A stretch of 64,000 nucleotides of DNA. Source: a virus. Of the stretch, positions 48,901-58,188 are shown piece after piece. Position numbers and translations under genes: made by a program. The stretch spans positions 1 to 64,000 of IMG/VR virus record IMGVR_UViG_3300013126_000010, one strand, 5' to 3'. Position 1 is the stretch's first letter, and the number at the start of each line of letters is the position of its first letter. The notes under the pieces are model-generated. The model ran no database searches. It had not been told where the DNA came from and was given only the letters and a program-made list of their open reading frames with translations.

Positions 48901-51900
48901 ACGCAGAAGCGACTGCATTTATTTCAAGAGGAAAAGTTAACCGAATAGTATTGGACAATCCTGGGACTGGGTATTTAAGTGCACCAATTATTGTATTGGA
49001 TGGTGGTGTATCATCAGCCGGTGTTACCGCACGTGCAAGTGTAACAATAGAATCAGAAGCTGCTAGGTCAACCAAGATCACCATGAAGTATGATAGGGTT
49101 GCTAAAGGCTATTCTATAACTGATTTATTATATAACGAAACCTTTACTGGAACAGGTACACGACAACAGTTCAAATTAATATTCGCGCCAGATTTGAGAG
49201 TTAATACAGCATCAGTATATGTTGATGGTGTAGAACAATTGCATAATAGCTATTATGTTGCAGTAAAAACTGACACATCAATGGGATATACAAGGTATTA
49301 TGGTACCTTAACATTGGTGACAGCACCTAGAAAAAATAGTGTTATTGAAATAACTTATTTAAAAAATATTGAATACTTGAATGCCAATGATAGAATACAG
49401 TTTAATTACAACCCATCATATGGTAATCCAGGGAAAGATTTATCATTATTAATGAAAGGTATTGATTATGGTGGTGTAATAGTAACTGGTGGTGGTTTTC
49501 AATTTGCGAATGGATGGGACAGTATACCATGGGATAGTGATGAATGGGATGCATTTGACCCAGGATATGATAATTGGTCAATATCTGTACCAAGGGATAC
49601 CGGTATAATTCAATTGCCATATACTCCAGATGTTGGCGAAAAAGTTAATGTATATGTTAATAATATCAGAGTTGATGAACCAACTTTTGTAGCACCACAT
49701 GAAAACATCATTATGGGAACAATTGTTGGTGATGGATTAAAAAATTCTTTCACTATTCCTGGAGATATTCCATCAACAATATATGACATTGGTCAACAAT
49801 ATAATAATAATTTGGTAGTATCAGATTACACTGATAGAAATATAATTATTATTGGTGGTGGTTCGGTCCAAATACCAGCTGGTCAAACAGTAATGGTTGA
49901 CACTTTTTCAAAATATAGTACTACATCAATTCGTTATGATATTGCATATTCTAATGCAGGGGTGTACGGGTATATTGAATTAATATTGATTAATAATCCA
50001 TATACTGCATCAAGTGTCAATGGTAACACAATAGTGTATGGTGGTGGCGGTGCAACCCCTGAGATCGATCTTGGTTTCATGAGATTAACAGTTGAGCAAG
50101 ATCCTTTATCATCGAGTGATATATTATTAAATGTTCATGCAACCAATACAGTTATCGTAACTTACACAAAGTGGGATTTTTCCAAAGGTGGTATTTATAA
50201 TGAAGTGACGAGTAGAATAAATGACCCATTGTTTGAAATTTCAAGTGACAGTTTAACCATCTATGAAATGGAGGAAACAGTTATTGACGAATTTGATAAA
50301 AATGAATTTTATAGTGGATGTTATTATATTCAATTAGTAAGCGACTCGTTTGTCCAATTATTAGAAGTTGAGTTGGTGCACAATGGTGTGGATATTAATA
50401 TCGATATTATATCCACAGATGGTGATATTATTTTAGATACTATGCAAAATGGTGATTCATGGATATCAAGTTATATTGAAAACGATAATATATTATTGTC
50501 ATTAAAAACCATATATGATAAAGTTACCGTAGTTTATTCTAGAGTAATGTTACCATCACTGACAATTAGAGAAGTTGATATAACCGATGTAAGAAGATTA
50601 TCGTCAGATGGTGAATATGCAATAATACCATTTCAATATCAATCGACTAGTACAACACGTGTATTAGTCGATTCATTTGATTTTGGTCATTATGCATACT
50701 GTGATTTTCAAATACAGTTAATTGGATCAGTGGCTACCCAAGTATATGATATTGATGTATTTATTGATCCAAATATAATAGGTACATTTGAGTTTGTGGT
50801 AAAAAACAATACATATGTTGGTAGGGAATGTGGGTACTTTACTGGATCATTGAATGGAGATTCTTTTGAATTATATTTTACACCATATGAGGCGAATGTT
50901 CAGATTACTGGAGTAAAACGGTTATTGGGTAGACCTGGGGTACCTAACATTAATCAACAAGATGAACTTGGATTAGACAATCTATTTAATATAATGTTTA
51001 TAAAACAAACATCTGATGGTGGTGTATCAACTAACCCATATATTGATGAATATGAATTGGGGTTATATGATTATGATGTGCGATTAATTGGTGGAATATT
51101 CGAGGATAGTACGGTTATTGGATATAAACCAGATGATGTTATCACAGATGGGGATGGTTTTATTACACCATCAACCAGTTATGCACCTGAAGAATTATTA
51201 CCTGGGCATATGGCTGATTCTGTTGCTATTAAGGTTTATCAATTACCAACTAGTGGCTCACCAAAAGTAATTAATAATAGATACATACCAGATGGTACAA
51301 CTACTGTATATAGCTACGGACAGGATGTACCAACTGGTAATCATGTGATAGTAACACAGCGCCGTAGTGTGTCTGGAAAAATTAAGAATGTTACTATACC
51401 GTCATCTGATTATGTGCTTGATACGTCGAATCATACAGTAGTATTTAATGTTGCACCAACTGGTGATGCTATAACCGTATCTAGTTTTGGATTTAATTCA
51501 TATATGTTACTGGATACAGACATTATAACTATCAACAAGGCCACTGATGTTATTGTAACCAATGCTCCGTGGATGTTAGGAAATGTGAAAGCAACAGTAC
51601 TTGTCAATGGCAACACATACCAATATGAATTGTTTAGAACGACTGAAAAAGAGCAAAAAATAGAAGTGACTGGGATTAGATTTGGAGCTAAATTACCAAA
51701 GAATACTATTGTTCAGTATATGATTGAACAAAGTGATACTGGTAATATTAATACCAGTACTACTAGTGTAATGGATATCGATACCACTCAATCATATACC
51801 GGACCTGCGGATTATGTTATGAGTGTATCAGCAATATCACCAAACGTGTTGGTGTTGATAGATGATGTACTGTTAAGTCCTGGCAAAGTAGTCACCAAAG

Positions 51901-53489
51901 AAGTAACTCAGAATGATATGTCGGTTAGAATACCAGAATATATGGTCTCAGCATATGAATTAAATTATTCAAATGTTGAAGTATATAGTCATACAAAACA
52001 ACTGCGTTATATTACAGATTATAATATCGAATCAGCATCTGGTGTAATAATATTGACTGAAACGGTATCACCAGGATTAATAACGGTATTGGTCAAAGAT
52101 GCTACTTGTGAATATACAATAAGTGATATGACACTAACTATAACCAAGAATCTACCAGCAGGTAACATGAAAATAATAAGTTTTTATGATTATGGATTAT
52201 TGGAATTAGATAGACGAGTTGATTCAATTTCATCAGCAACTAATATAATAACAAACCCAGTGGATCAAGCAATCTTCACCGGAATGCAACATGGTATATT
52301 TGTGTTGAAAAAACCAGTATTATCATTAGATTATATTTGGGTATCGAAAAACGGGAATATTTTAACCAGAAATATCGATTATACAATAAATGTAGATCTT
52401 ATAAAAATCACATTAACAGATGCATTACTTCCAACGGATGTTGTTCAAATTATCACATTTAGTAATAATATTATTAAAGCATCGTTAGGATTTATGCAAT
52501 TTAAAGATATTTTGAATAGGGACCACTATAAAAGACTAGATGGAACGATGGTAACATCTTTGGCAATGGATTTGGCACAATTTGATACAACAATCTATGT
52601 GGAAGATGGTAGTAAATTAGATGACCCAACCCCTGCAGTGACCGAGAATCAGGTTACTATAATAAATGGTCAACCATTTACACATGCTGTTTCTACTTCT
52701 CCAATTCCAGGAATTATTGAAATTAATGGCGAACGAATTGAATATTTTACAAAGAATGGCAATGAATTGTCTGATTTACGAAGAGGAACATTGGGGACTA
52801 GCTCACCGACTATCCATAAAATACAAACTAATGTGTTGAATATGGGTAGATCAGAAACTATTCCGTATAATGATTTAAATAACATTGAATCGTTTGTTAC
52901 TAAACGTAAAACTAGAATAGTTCCAGTCTCATTTATTCCACGTAGAAGATGTGATAATCCACGAAATGTAGTGAATGTAAGCCACTTATCAGAAATTTTA
53001 GAACCATCCGCCTATACATATTATTTTGTTGATGGTGGTACTGAGTTGTGGTTCTATCATAATGGTCAATGGGATGTAGTAAATCAATATTCAGTAACCG
53101 ATGATGTTGAAGTATTTGTTGGTGGTGTTAGGTTGAAAAAAGATTGGTATACTACATACGGTAATACCAATTACCCATATAGTCCAGAAGGTGATATCGA
53201 ACATACACCAGAGTTTATGGTAAATGGTACTGGATATTATATAAAATTAACAAAGAGTGTTCCCAAAGGAGTAGGAATAACAGTAGTCAGAAAAACAGGT
53301 AAAGAATGGTATGATATGAATAATGAAGATTTGTCTACTGCTAATAATAATATTGCTAGATTTATTAGATCGGTGGAGTCATCATGGCCACAATATTTAG
53401 TTGATAAATACCAATATATAGTAGCAATGGATTCTAATATATCTTTAGAATCTGATGGTACAACATCTGACATTATTGAACTGGATTAA
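39909..53489 (+). CDS. Giant multidomain baseplate/virion protein (4526 aa; gp7-like position)
   Basis: Single uninterrupted ORF, TAATG-coupled to gp6; cupredoxin-like, CBM5/12-like, Ig-like (YLNGVQL..GTDY) and PGxGY..P.V repeats. Confidence 0.8.
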   Translation: MSYNDQNEQGLPAGSSQKRRTASLLPQVYRTDSNRKFLQSTLDQLTQPGTVKKINGYIGRQYSKSTTSSDIFLTTTDAERSSYQLEPAAVIKDELGNVKFYKDYIDHINHIELFNGNTKNHARINDEQVYSWNPHIDFDKFTNYQNYYWMPYGPKPINVYGALGDIETTMPVSIVDDGDNFSYVFDKEIQTRNPELVLYRGQTYIFDIISKNNPFYIKTSRLTGIDDIYAGNILNNGIESGKLTITIDRNTPNILYYVSKNDENLSGVIRILDLDENSSLNVETDILYKSSYKMQNGYYLSNGMKLKFHGNITPTKYSTGYWYVEGVGSNIQLISENDIALPSTIRNSKFDYDPFDSTAFDMQKSFPHGKDYIVINRASMDRNAWSRSNRWFHQDVIIQSAELNNVSPDLDQSFRAIRPIIEFEPNIKLVNFGHKCKSDIDLIDFETKDVFSTIEGSLTHYVDGVKLANGMRVIFAADTDSMVNGKIYKVEYVTINVPGRTVGFSIAGVNIGDNTISFTESHGFQDGIQITYVNNGFPDLGGLINRNIYFVKVISEKVIKLFKDVGLQIPVYISSLGTNSSLVQQSFEIYLGRRRQIMLIEEEDTNPLTNEIVLVKNGKSNIGKIFWYNGTNWTQGQEKNSTNQSPLFDVFDSNKQSYMDATVYPSSTFIGTKLFSYKSGTGLIDTELGFPLTYRSINNIGDISFDFNLLSDSFNYTTGSKLISHNISDGYLQRIKTLEDVDYINGWDLCSVSDIQGIIRIYKNTTITSDFLIDVFDTIPADNDLRVKVYKNGVKLSNSEYSVESKNYKKYVVLSTPALASDIITLKLYSTRYKNENGFYEIPISLQNNPLNNDITQFTLGQVVDHVNGITENIPGFDGIFPGSSNLRDLAAVHQYGTRFVQHLCPMNFSLYHLGSKSANLVEAIVAAGDDYGKFKRAFLTVANQLGIHTEPKEHVDAILAEITKNKATSSSYYLSDMIAYTGTVKNEYIVLDARTTAYPLSRTFSMNVLSNNAVLVYLNGVQLLHGTDYVFYDDFVDISTQLAEDDVITVFEYDSTDGSCCPPTPTKLGLYPKFEPKIYIDNTYLEPTKVIQGHDGSITVAFNDYRDDLILELEKRIYNNIKISYNASMFDINDYIPGYNRTTDYTREEVNEIISQSFYQWTGLVIVDFTKNQAFDRENPFTYNYFENYAPNGTNIPSYWRGIFNWMYDTDRPHLCPWEMLGFSEIPVWWESTYGPAPYTSNNEILWDDIKQGIIREPGRPVVVNEKYIRSVLEFGLPVDENGSLVDPIQSGIALGVVNMSGNSHFIIGDGSPVETTWKKSSYFPFALLRAILVMKPNDVIGKCFDRSRIHKNIVGQYVYTTGKRIILQDLVIPSTYTSDNRVQTSGLVNYLVEFINSEVQVRLTDYISDLQLLTNNISSKMGGFSSKEKYRLLMDSKSPTTPSGNFVPEENYQIFLNTSSVVRKAVYSGVVITKTSEGFEVKGYSIDTPYFNVNPFLDSGRTIRIGGISESFVEWTPSTYYVAGKVIDNNGRYYRVNTTHRSGDAFEPSYFNVMAELPVYGGAEVTLRKSWDTRISTVVNYGTLLDTVQDVADFLQGYGSYLENQGFIFDSYSSDIQNVYNWQMMVKEFLFWTTQNWPENSVISLSPSAEKLKLKIPYTVVNDINDPFFKYEVMDVSGKPIDYTKLSTYRDGSEFTLTSTDANIGVYGATLYAVQKEHVLILDNKTIFNDVIYDLEPGYRQERIKVLGYISRNWDGGFDIPGFIFDQANVYDWEPWTDYHFGDTVKHKEFYYSAKYFIPGTVEFNVYDWVKQSDKPVSRMLPNWDYKAEQFTDFYDLDTDNFDSQQQKMAQHLIGYQKRQYLENIIKDDVSQYKFYQGMIIEKGTANVFSKLFDVLSATDKNSVDFDEEWAIRVGEYGAVDVFDTVEIQLDETKFVMNPQGIEFVPAIIPDIQDHIYRFTKDSIYINPKDVDDNTVVKWKEKIQSGTLRTPGYVRYDDVDYSIDKLEDLLDTDVNLYSEHQIFWCAFNDKLHDSNFRYWDVYSFEKYIGTWTSICEESQVMKISLDPLSLINISAGDVIGIKSGNFTKFVIADINTTSDTLTIVDNNFSINDTLSNIEIYVFNSLRYGNQLSQSDFVSQMSQWNPSVKYIWGDWVQNGVTQGWEVYKNNGSLFDNTILYSVDDIVVYNNSYYIVIAESIGHLPTDTSYFELYVGDKWSIHHSSEWTIDSSIIKKAYLYNKDTSELVRYIDLVDVVNGKIPGIADQEIKYKMYNDPAVYSVGTANVKVLPEANWGATQVGQLWWDLTRAKFIVSNDNEIEYRTNTWNQLYKSASIDIFEWVESSILPADWDDLDGTEEGLALGISGRSKYGNSSYSVVTKFDNVTGIYYNTYYFWVKGKQITPNVGFRNIDAYNVAAIIGSPENTGYPCISVTSTSSFILTNIEQYLDQTNIILVIEYWNVDKVDANYHTEWKLVSENINTELPTHIEQKWIDSLIGYDYNENRIPDYSLKPKQRYGIENKPRQSMFINRLEALKQVIERTNNVLKTNLIADDFDLSPLMKYDLPPSSVSGKWDVTVDYDTELQYIGTALLKQAEISLYIVDGRIEAVNITDPGYGYVNPPEVVIAGNNGCNNQAKIILTLDNNGSVSTAEIIDHGENYTDETVATIRRFAVLVLSDSQNEDRWVIRHWYENYKSWLVRQVRKYDVRKCWYYIDWYATGYNQFTSINHVVDNTSQLYTSSHNIGDIVKVKNIGTGGWLLLQKYNELVTTDYTKIYNVIGRENGTIQFSDILYDYDTNIFPGTIQNPDPYAFNLRNELRVILSAIKDNLLVDNLRIEYLKLFFASVRYILSEQIYTDWIFKSSFIKVTHNVGELKQKVTYNSDNLESFEDYINEIKPYRTKIREYVSVYDGYDNSNSNITDFDFPSVVTSDNIYATINNYVSEDGTLVVDDNYYTNISPWKSWYDNIGFKVSSINIIDGGSGYTKAPIVRFIGGYGKNAEATAFISRGKVNRIVLDNPGTGYLSAPIIVLDGGVSSAGVTARASVTIESEAARSTKITMKYDRVAKGYSITDLLYNETFTGTGTRQQFKLIFAPDLRVNTASVYVDGVEQLHNSYYVAVKTDTSMGYTRYYGTLTLVTAPRKNSVIEITYLKNIEYLNANDRIQFNYNPSYGNPGKDLSLLMKGIDYGGVIVTGGGFQFANGWDSIPWDSDEWDAFDPGYDNWSISVPRDTGIIQLPYTPDVGEKVNVYVNNIRVDEPTFVAPHENIIMGTIVGDGLKNSFTIPGDIPSTIYDIGQQYNNNLVVSDYTDRNIIIIGGGSVQIPAGQTVMVDTFSKYSTTSIRYDIAYSNAGVYGYIELILINNPYTASSVNGNTIVYGGGGATPEIDLGFMRLTVEQDPLSSSDILLNVHATNTVIVTYTKWDFSKGGIYNEVTSRINDPLFEISSDSLTIYEMEETVIDEFDKNEFYSGCYYIQLVSDSFVQLLEVELVHNGVDINIDIISTDGDIILDTMQNGDSWISSYIENDNILLSLKTIYDKVTVVYSRVMLPSLTIREVDITDVRRLSSDGEYAIIPFQYQSTSTTRVLVDSFDFGHYAYCDFQIQLIGSVATQVYDIDVFIDPNIIGTFEFVVKNNTYVGRECGYFTGSLNGDSFELYFTPYEANVQITGVKRLLGRPGVPNINQQDELGLDNLFNIMFIKQTSDGGVSTNPYIDEYELGLYDYDVRLIGGIFEDSTVIGYKPDDVITDGDGFITPSTSYAPEELLPGHMADSVAIKVYQLPTSGSPKVINNRYIPDGTTTVYSYGQDVPTGNHVIVTQRRSVSGKIKNVTIPSSDYVLDTSNHTVVFNVAPTGDAITVSSFGFNSYMLLDTDIITINKATDVIVTNAPWMLGNVKATVLVNGNTYQYELFRTTEKEQKIEVTGIRFGAKLPKNTIVQYMIEQSDTGNINTSTTSVMDIDTTQSYTGPADYVMSVSAISPNVLVLIDDVLLSPGKVVTKEVTQNDMSVRIPEYMVSAYELNYSNVEVYSHTKQLRYITDYNIESASGVIILTETVSPGLITVLVKDATCEYTISDMTLTITKNLPAGNMKIISFYDYGLLELDRRVDSISSATNIITNPVDQAIFTGMQHGIFVLKKPVLSLDYIWVSKNGNILTRNIDYTINVDLIKITLTDALLPTDVVQIITFSNNIIKASLGFMQFKDILNRDHYKRLDGTMVTSLAMDLAQFDTTIYVEDGSKLDDPTPAVTENQVTIINGQPFTHAVSTSPIPGIIEINGERIEYFTKNGNELSDLRRGTLGTSSPTIHKIQTNVLNMGRSETIPYNDLNNIESFVTKRKTRIVPVSFIPRRRCDNPRNVVNVSHLSEILEPSAYTYYFVDGGTELWFYHNGQWDVVNQYSVTDDVEVFVGGVRLKKDWYTTYGNTNYPYSPEGDIEHTPEFMVNGTGYYIKLTKSVPKGVGITVVRKTGKEWYDMNNEDLSTANNNIARFIRSVESSWPQYLVDKYQYIVAMDSNISLESDGTTSDIIELD

Positions 53490-53494
53490 TTAAT

Positions 53495-54997
53495 ATGACA
53501 CGAATTTGGGATTTAGAAGCAGTCGCAGATGATGAGATTCCGTCATCTGCTGCTGTATCAATTATAAGTGATGGTACTCTTACCAAAAAAATATCAGTAG
53601 CTAATATGAAACGCATATTAGTACCGACTGCATCGTCTACCGAGTTAGGAAAGATTAGGGTTGGTCCTGGATTAGAAATAGATGCCAATGGTACTTTATC
53701 TGTTATTCAGGTTGGTGGATATTCATTACCTATGGCAACATCCACCCATCTTGGTGGTATAAAAGTTGGAGCGAATTTAACAATAGACTCAAATGGTGTA
53801 TTAGATACTTTATATCCATTAACACTTGCATCAACTAATTCATATGGTGTAATTAAAGTTGGTAATAACATAAATGTTGATATTGATGGTGTTATTTCAG
53901 TTACATGGCCTGATTTTTCAATTTATCCAGACACTGGTATAAAAATAGGTTCCAGTACTGATATTAAAATTAGAGTTGATGCTGGAACAAAACCAGTAAT
54001 TGAATCATTGGTGAATGGTAAACTTAATATTGCCATCAATGATTCAAGTGATAATGTAGAGATTGGTTTCATAAATAGTTTGTTATCATCTTCTATTGGT
54101 GGTGATAATTTACCAGCATTTGTACCAGACCAATCAGGAAAATTAGTTAATCTAGGAACAAGTATATTAAAATGGAATTCAGTTCATGCTACCAGTCTAT
54201 ACGGTAATTTGGTAGGCAACGCATCACAAGCTGATTCGTTACTGGTTGGCACTAATTATAGAAATGCAAGTGTTACTGCGGTTCCTGATACCATTGTTGC
54301 AAGAGATAGTAATGCTGATGTATTTGCAACAACATTTCACGGTGATGTAGATGGTAACTCGTCAAGTTCTGATTCACTTAAAGTTGGTACGTTATATCAG
54401 GTTGCCGACATATCTTCTACACCTGATACCATAGTGTCACGTGATTTTGATGGTAACATTAATGCCAATAGATTAAATGGTATTGCAACAGATGCTGATA
54501 ATTTATTATTTAATGGTGTTTATAGGTCAGCAGCGGTTGATGCAACCAATAATACTGTTGCGGTCAGAGATAATAACGGTGATTTACATGCAACATACTT
54601 TCATGGAATAGCAGTACAGGCACAGTTTGCTGATTTAGCCGAAAAATATCAATCAGACAATAATTATGATATTGGAACAGTGGTTGTATTTGGTGGTGAT
54701 GAAGAGATAACAGTTACTAATAAAAAAGGTGATCATCGAGTTGCTGGAGTTATCTCCGGTGAACCAGCATATTTAATGAATGTTGACTCAACCGGACAAG
54801 CAGTTGCATTGCGTGGTAAAGTCCCGGTGAAAGTTTTAGGAAAAGTCTCCAAAGGAGATTTATTAATCACTAGTGCAATACCAGGATATGCAATGAGTGT
54901 TGGTGGGGATATGTCATTTGGACATGCTATTTTTGCAAAAAGCATTGCAAATAAAACAGATTATGATAATGGTATGGTTATAGCCGTAATTTTATAA
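53495..54997 (+). CDS. Tail fibre-like protein with C-terminal intramolecular chaperone / peptidase G2-like domain
   Basis: 3x A(S/T)xxxLGxI(K/R)VG repeats, 3x TxxxRDxxG repeats, ADLAEKY...VISGEPAYLMN...VALRGKVPVKV. Confidence 0.75.
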   Translation: MTRIWDLEAVADDEIPSSAAVSIISDGTLTKKISVANMKRILVPTASSTELGKIRVGPGLEIDANGTLSVIQVGGYSLPMATSTHLGGIKVGANLTIDSNGVLDTLYPLTLASTNSYGVIKVGNNINVDIDGVISVTWPDFSIYPDTGIKIGSSTDIKIRVDAGTKPVIESLVNGKLNIAINDSSDNVEIGFINSLLSSSIGGDNLPAFVPDQSGKLVNLGTSILKWNSVHATSLYGNLVGNASQADSLLVGTNYRNASVTAVPDTIVARDSNADVFATTFHGDVDGNSSSSDSLKVGTLYQVADISSTPDTIVSRDFDGNINANRLNGIATDADNLLFNGVYRSAAVDATNNTVAVRDNNGDLHATYFHGIAVQAQFADLAEKYQSDNNYDIGTVVVFGGDEEITVTNKKGDHRVAGVISGEPAYLMNVDSTGQAVALRGKVPVKVLGKVSKGDLLITSAIPGYAMSVGGDMSFGHAIFAKSIANKTDYDNGMVIAVIL

Positions 54998-55007
54998 GGG
55001 TAATTTC

Positions 55008-55613
55008 ATGGAATTTAAAGATTTATCAGGGTTGTCAGTGGAAGGACATATTAAAATATATGATCCAATCACATTAGAAGTATATGAAGACAAACGTAAC
55101 GCGATTCATTATGAATCATTTAGTATTGCATTAGCAGAATGCATAGGAAATACTGGGCAGGGATGGATATATCAAATGGCATTCGGTAATGGTGGAACAT
55201 ATGTAGATCCTACCGGGATTATTACATATTTAACACCAAACTCTACTGGTACAAATGCTGGATTATATAACCAAACATATTCAAAAATAGTAGATGACAG
55301 ATCTGTTTTAAATATAGATCCTATAAGAAATAAAGTTGAAACTAGACATGTCACCGGTAAAAATTATACTGACGTGTTTATTTCATGTTTGTTAGATTTT
55401 GGTGAACCAAATGGGCAACTTGCATTCGACAATACATCAAATAATAATTCAGATTTTGTATTTGATGAGTTGGGATTAATATCATATAACCCTAACGGCA
55501 ATGGAAGACTATTAACACATGTTATATTCCATCCAGTTCAAAAAGCATTGAACAGAGCAATTCAGGTGGATTACACTATTCGTGTACAATCTCTGTCAGG
55601 AGAAATAGTATAA
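55008..55613 (+). CDS. Virion structural protein (fibre-attachment region)
   Basis: EGHIKIYD...KRNAIH...FGNGGT...FDELGL...LLTHVIFHPVQKALNR.IQVDYTIRV. Confidence 0.65.
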   Translation: MEFKDLSGLSVEGHIKIYDPITLEVYEDKRNAIHYESFSIALAECIGNTGQGWIYQMAFGNGGTYVDPTGIITYLTPNSTGTNAGLYNQTYSKIVDDRSVLNIDPIRNKVETRHVTGKNYTDVFISCLLDFGEPNGQLAFDNTSNNNSDFVFDELGLISYNPNGNGRLLTHVIFHPVQKALNRAIQVDYTIRVQSLSGEIV

Positions 55614-57238
55614 TGGCATATAATGTAAAACATTCAGACTCGGCAAACTATGGTGGATTGATAGTAGAAGATAAAACTATTAATGATGACACTAGTTTGT
55701 CATTAGTTGGTAGATATTATCCTGGATATTCCAAACCAATTTCAGAAAATTTTTTACACTTGTTAGAGAATTTTGCAAGTAATATTGCACCATTAAATCC
55801 TATTCGTGGGCAATTATGGTATGATACTGATTCTACTAGTGCAAGCCCAACACCAAAATTAATGATGTGGGATGGTGGTAAATGGGTCCCATCTGGTTCC
55901 ATAAATAGAGCATTTGATAGACCAACATCACCATCTTCTGGTGATTTATGGGTTAATCCAACAACCCATACCTTAGAAATGTATATTGGTAATAACATAT
56001 GGACTACATTTTTGACGGATATCACTGGTGGAACCGGAATAAAAATCATAACAGTGAATGATGGTTCTGCTGATCATGAATTATTAGTAGCTTATATTAA
56101 TGATATTGCAGTTGCAATTTTTAATGCAGATGATGAGTTTACACCAACCAACTGGAACAATATAGAATCATTTGTCGATATGCCTATCAAAAAAGGCATA
56201 AACATCCCTGATACATATCAATATAATGGCATTGCTGAACAAGCGGTTGCTCTTAAATATGGTACTAGTACAAAAACAATAAATGATTTGTTTATAAAAA
56301 ATGAACCAAATACTACATCAGGTACTATTACGGTAAATTCAGATAGTGGTATTACTGTAAATGATACAAACATATCTAAAACTATAAAAATTAAGATTGA
56401 TGATAGTTTAAATTATAATATTTTATCATCATCTTCTGATTTGTTGATATCATCAAATGATGCATCATCGTCTATAACAACGGTTTCATTATTGGCAAAT
56501 AGTGTTGATATCAATAAACCGGTTAATATAAATGGTTTACTAACTCCAACTTCTATTACAACTGGTGATATTAGTAGCACTACCGGTATTACATCAGCTG
56601 CATTCGTTGATGTTGGTTCTACAGTGTTTACCTCGGCTACTGGTATATTCCCAAAAACAACTGCTACGGCAATCGATTTAGGTGATCCAGCACGTAATTG
56701 GACAAACATTTATACTAAATCATTGTATGCTAATACGGTTGGTACACAGAATGTCACCGTGTACTATGGAAGTTTACATAATACGGTAACTTATAATAAC
56801 AATGAAATATTAAGTTCAGGGACTACCTTTACATTATCAACAGATTTAACTGGCACTTCAAGTGGAACTGGATCTAATATAACAATAGCTGCAATTTTAT
56901 CAGGCAATGTTATTTCAAATAAACCAGCAATCACTGCTATTGAAGCAACAGATAAAATGTTAGTTGAGTCAAGTGGATCATTGAAGTCAGTGACATTTGA
57001 AAATGTTATCAAATCTGCCAGCATAGTCGGTGAAGTGGTTGCATATGCTGGCAATACTGTCCCAGATAAATTTAAAGAATGTAATGGACTAGAACTTAGT
57101 AAAACAGCTTATCCAGAATTGTTTGCAGTCATTGGGACAACTTTTGGTGTACCATCAATATCTACTAATTTTAAGTTACCTAATATAACACAATTAACAA
57201 CTAATGTTAAGTATTACATTTATGCAGGGAAAAATTAA
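55613..57238 (+). CDS. Tail fibre with C-terminal tail-collar domain
   Basis: Shared N-terminal ENF.HLLENFA...P..GQ.WYD domain; GEVVAYAG..VP..F..CNG......YPELFAVIGTTFG collar. Confidence 0.8.
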   Translation: MAYNVKHSDSANYGGLIVEDKTINDDTSLSLVGRYYPGYSKPISENFLHLLENFASNIAPLNPIRGQLWYDTDSTSASPTPKLMMWDGGKWVPSGSINRAFDRPTSPSSGDLWVNPTTHTLEMYIGNNIWTTFLTDITGGTGIKIITVNDGSADHELLVAYINDIAVAIFNADDEFTPTNWNNIESFVDMPIKKGINIPDTYQYNGIAEQAVALKYGTSTKTINDLFIKNEPNTTSGTITVNSDSGITVNDTNISKTIKIKIDDSLNYNILSSSSDLLISSNDASSSITTVSLLANSVDINKPVNINGLLTPTSITTGDISSTTGITSAAFVDVGSTVFTSATGIFPKTTATAIDLGDPARNWTNIYTKSLYANTVGTQNVTVYYGSLHNTVTYNNNEILSSGTTFTLSTDLTGTSSGTGSNITIAAILSGNVISNKPAITAIEATDKMLVESSGSLKSVTFENVIKSASIVGEVVAYAGNTVPDKFKECNGLELSKTAYPELFAVIGTTFGVPSISTNFKLPNITQLTTNVKYYIYAGKN

Positions 57239-58188
57239 TGACTTATAGAATTAATAAATTTGATGGAACAGTATTAACCGATGTTGTTGACGGTACAATA
57301 GATCAGATTTCAACTGATTTGACTCTTGTTGGAAGCGATGTTTCTGGTTATGGTGAAATACTAAATGAAAATTTTATTCATCTATTGGAAAATTTCGCAA
57401 GCACAAAAGTACCACCAAATCCAATCGCTGGACAAATATGGTATGATTTAGCTGAATCTGTTTTAAAAGTATATAATGGAACTGAATTTATAAAAATATC
57501 TGGAACACTATTTGAGTCTGATAGCCCAACTGTTTATACAAATCCAGGAGATTTATGGATTAAATCAGATAAAGGACAATTATACTTCAATGATGGGGCA
57601 GGTATTAAATTGGCTGGACCAATATATGACAAAACTCAGGGGATGTCTGGCTTTCAAGTTGTAACTGTTGACAGTTATACAGTAGTATGTTTATGGATAT
57701 CGAACGTGTTGGTCGGTATATTAAGCAATGTTGAGTTTACACCAACTACTCCCATCTTTACTTATTCTGGTATTGTAAATGCAGGTATTACATTATTATA
57801 CCCTAATATTAGTAATACTACTGCAAACTTAACATTGAATGCAATAAATTTATATGAAGGTCAGCAACCAACTACGAATGTTACAATTTATAGTCACAAC
57901 AATAATTTTAAAGTTAGTGCACCAAGTGGTAATATAGATGCAGATGGTGCCAGAGTAATGAATGTAGGAGTACCTACTGAATTACATGATACAGTAACAG
58001 TTGAGTATAGTAAAATATATTATGCTACCACTCAGACAGTTGATTCTAATATTATATCAGAATTAGAAATTTTGGCACCACATGCGGAATACATTGCTGG
58101 AGTGCAAGCTCATGTATTATGTACGGCTATTCCAGAACGAAGAAAATATATAATTTCTAGCACTGGCTGGACTGGTCCAATTGTATAA
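57238..58188 (+). CDS. Tail fibre paralog
   Basis: MTYRINKFDGT...GYGEILNENFIHLLENFA...GQIWYD. Confidence 0.75.
   Translation: MTYRINKFDGTVLTDVVDGTIDQISTDLTLVGSDVSGYGEILNENFIHLLENFASTKVPPNPIAGQIWYDLAESVLKVYNGTEFIKISGTLFESDSPTVYTNPGDLWIKSDKGQLYFNDGAGIKLAGPIYDKTQGMSGFQVVTVDSYTVVCLWISNVLVGILSNVEFTPTTPIFTYSGIVNAGITLLYPNISNTTANLTLNAINLYEGQQPTTNVTIYSHNNNFKVSAPSGNIDADGARVMNVGVPTELHDTVTVEYSKIYYATTQTVDSNIISELEILAPHAEYIAGVQAHVLCTAIPERRKYIISSTGWTGPIV

Noticed and set aside
39909-53489. Intein in the giant protein
   Set aside because: No LAGLIDADG blocks or His-Asn/(C,S,T) splice junction in an intein-like context were seen; a profile search would be needed to exclude a degenerate one
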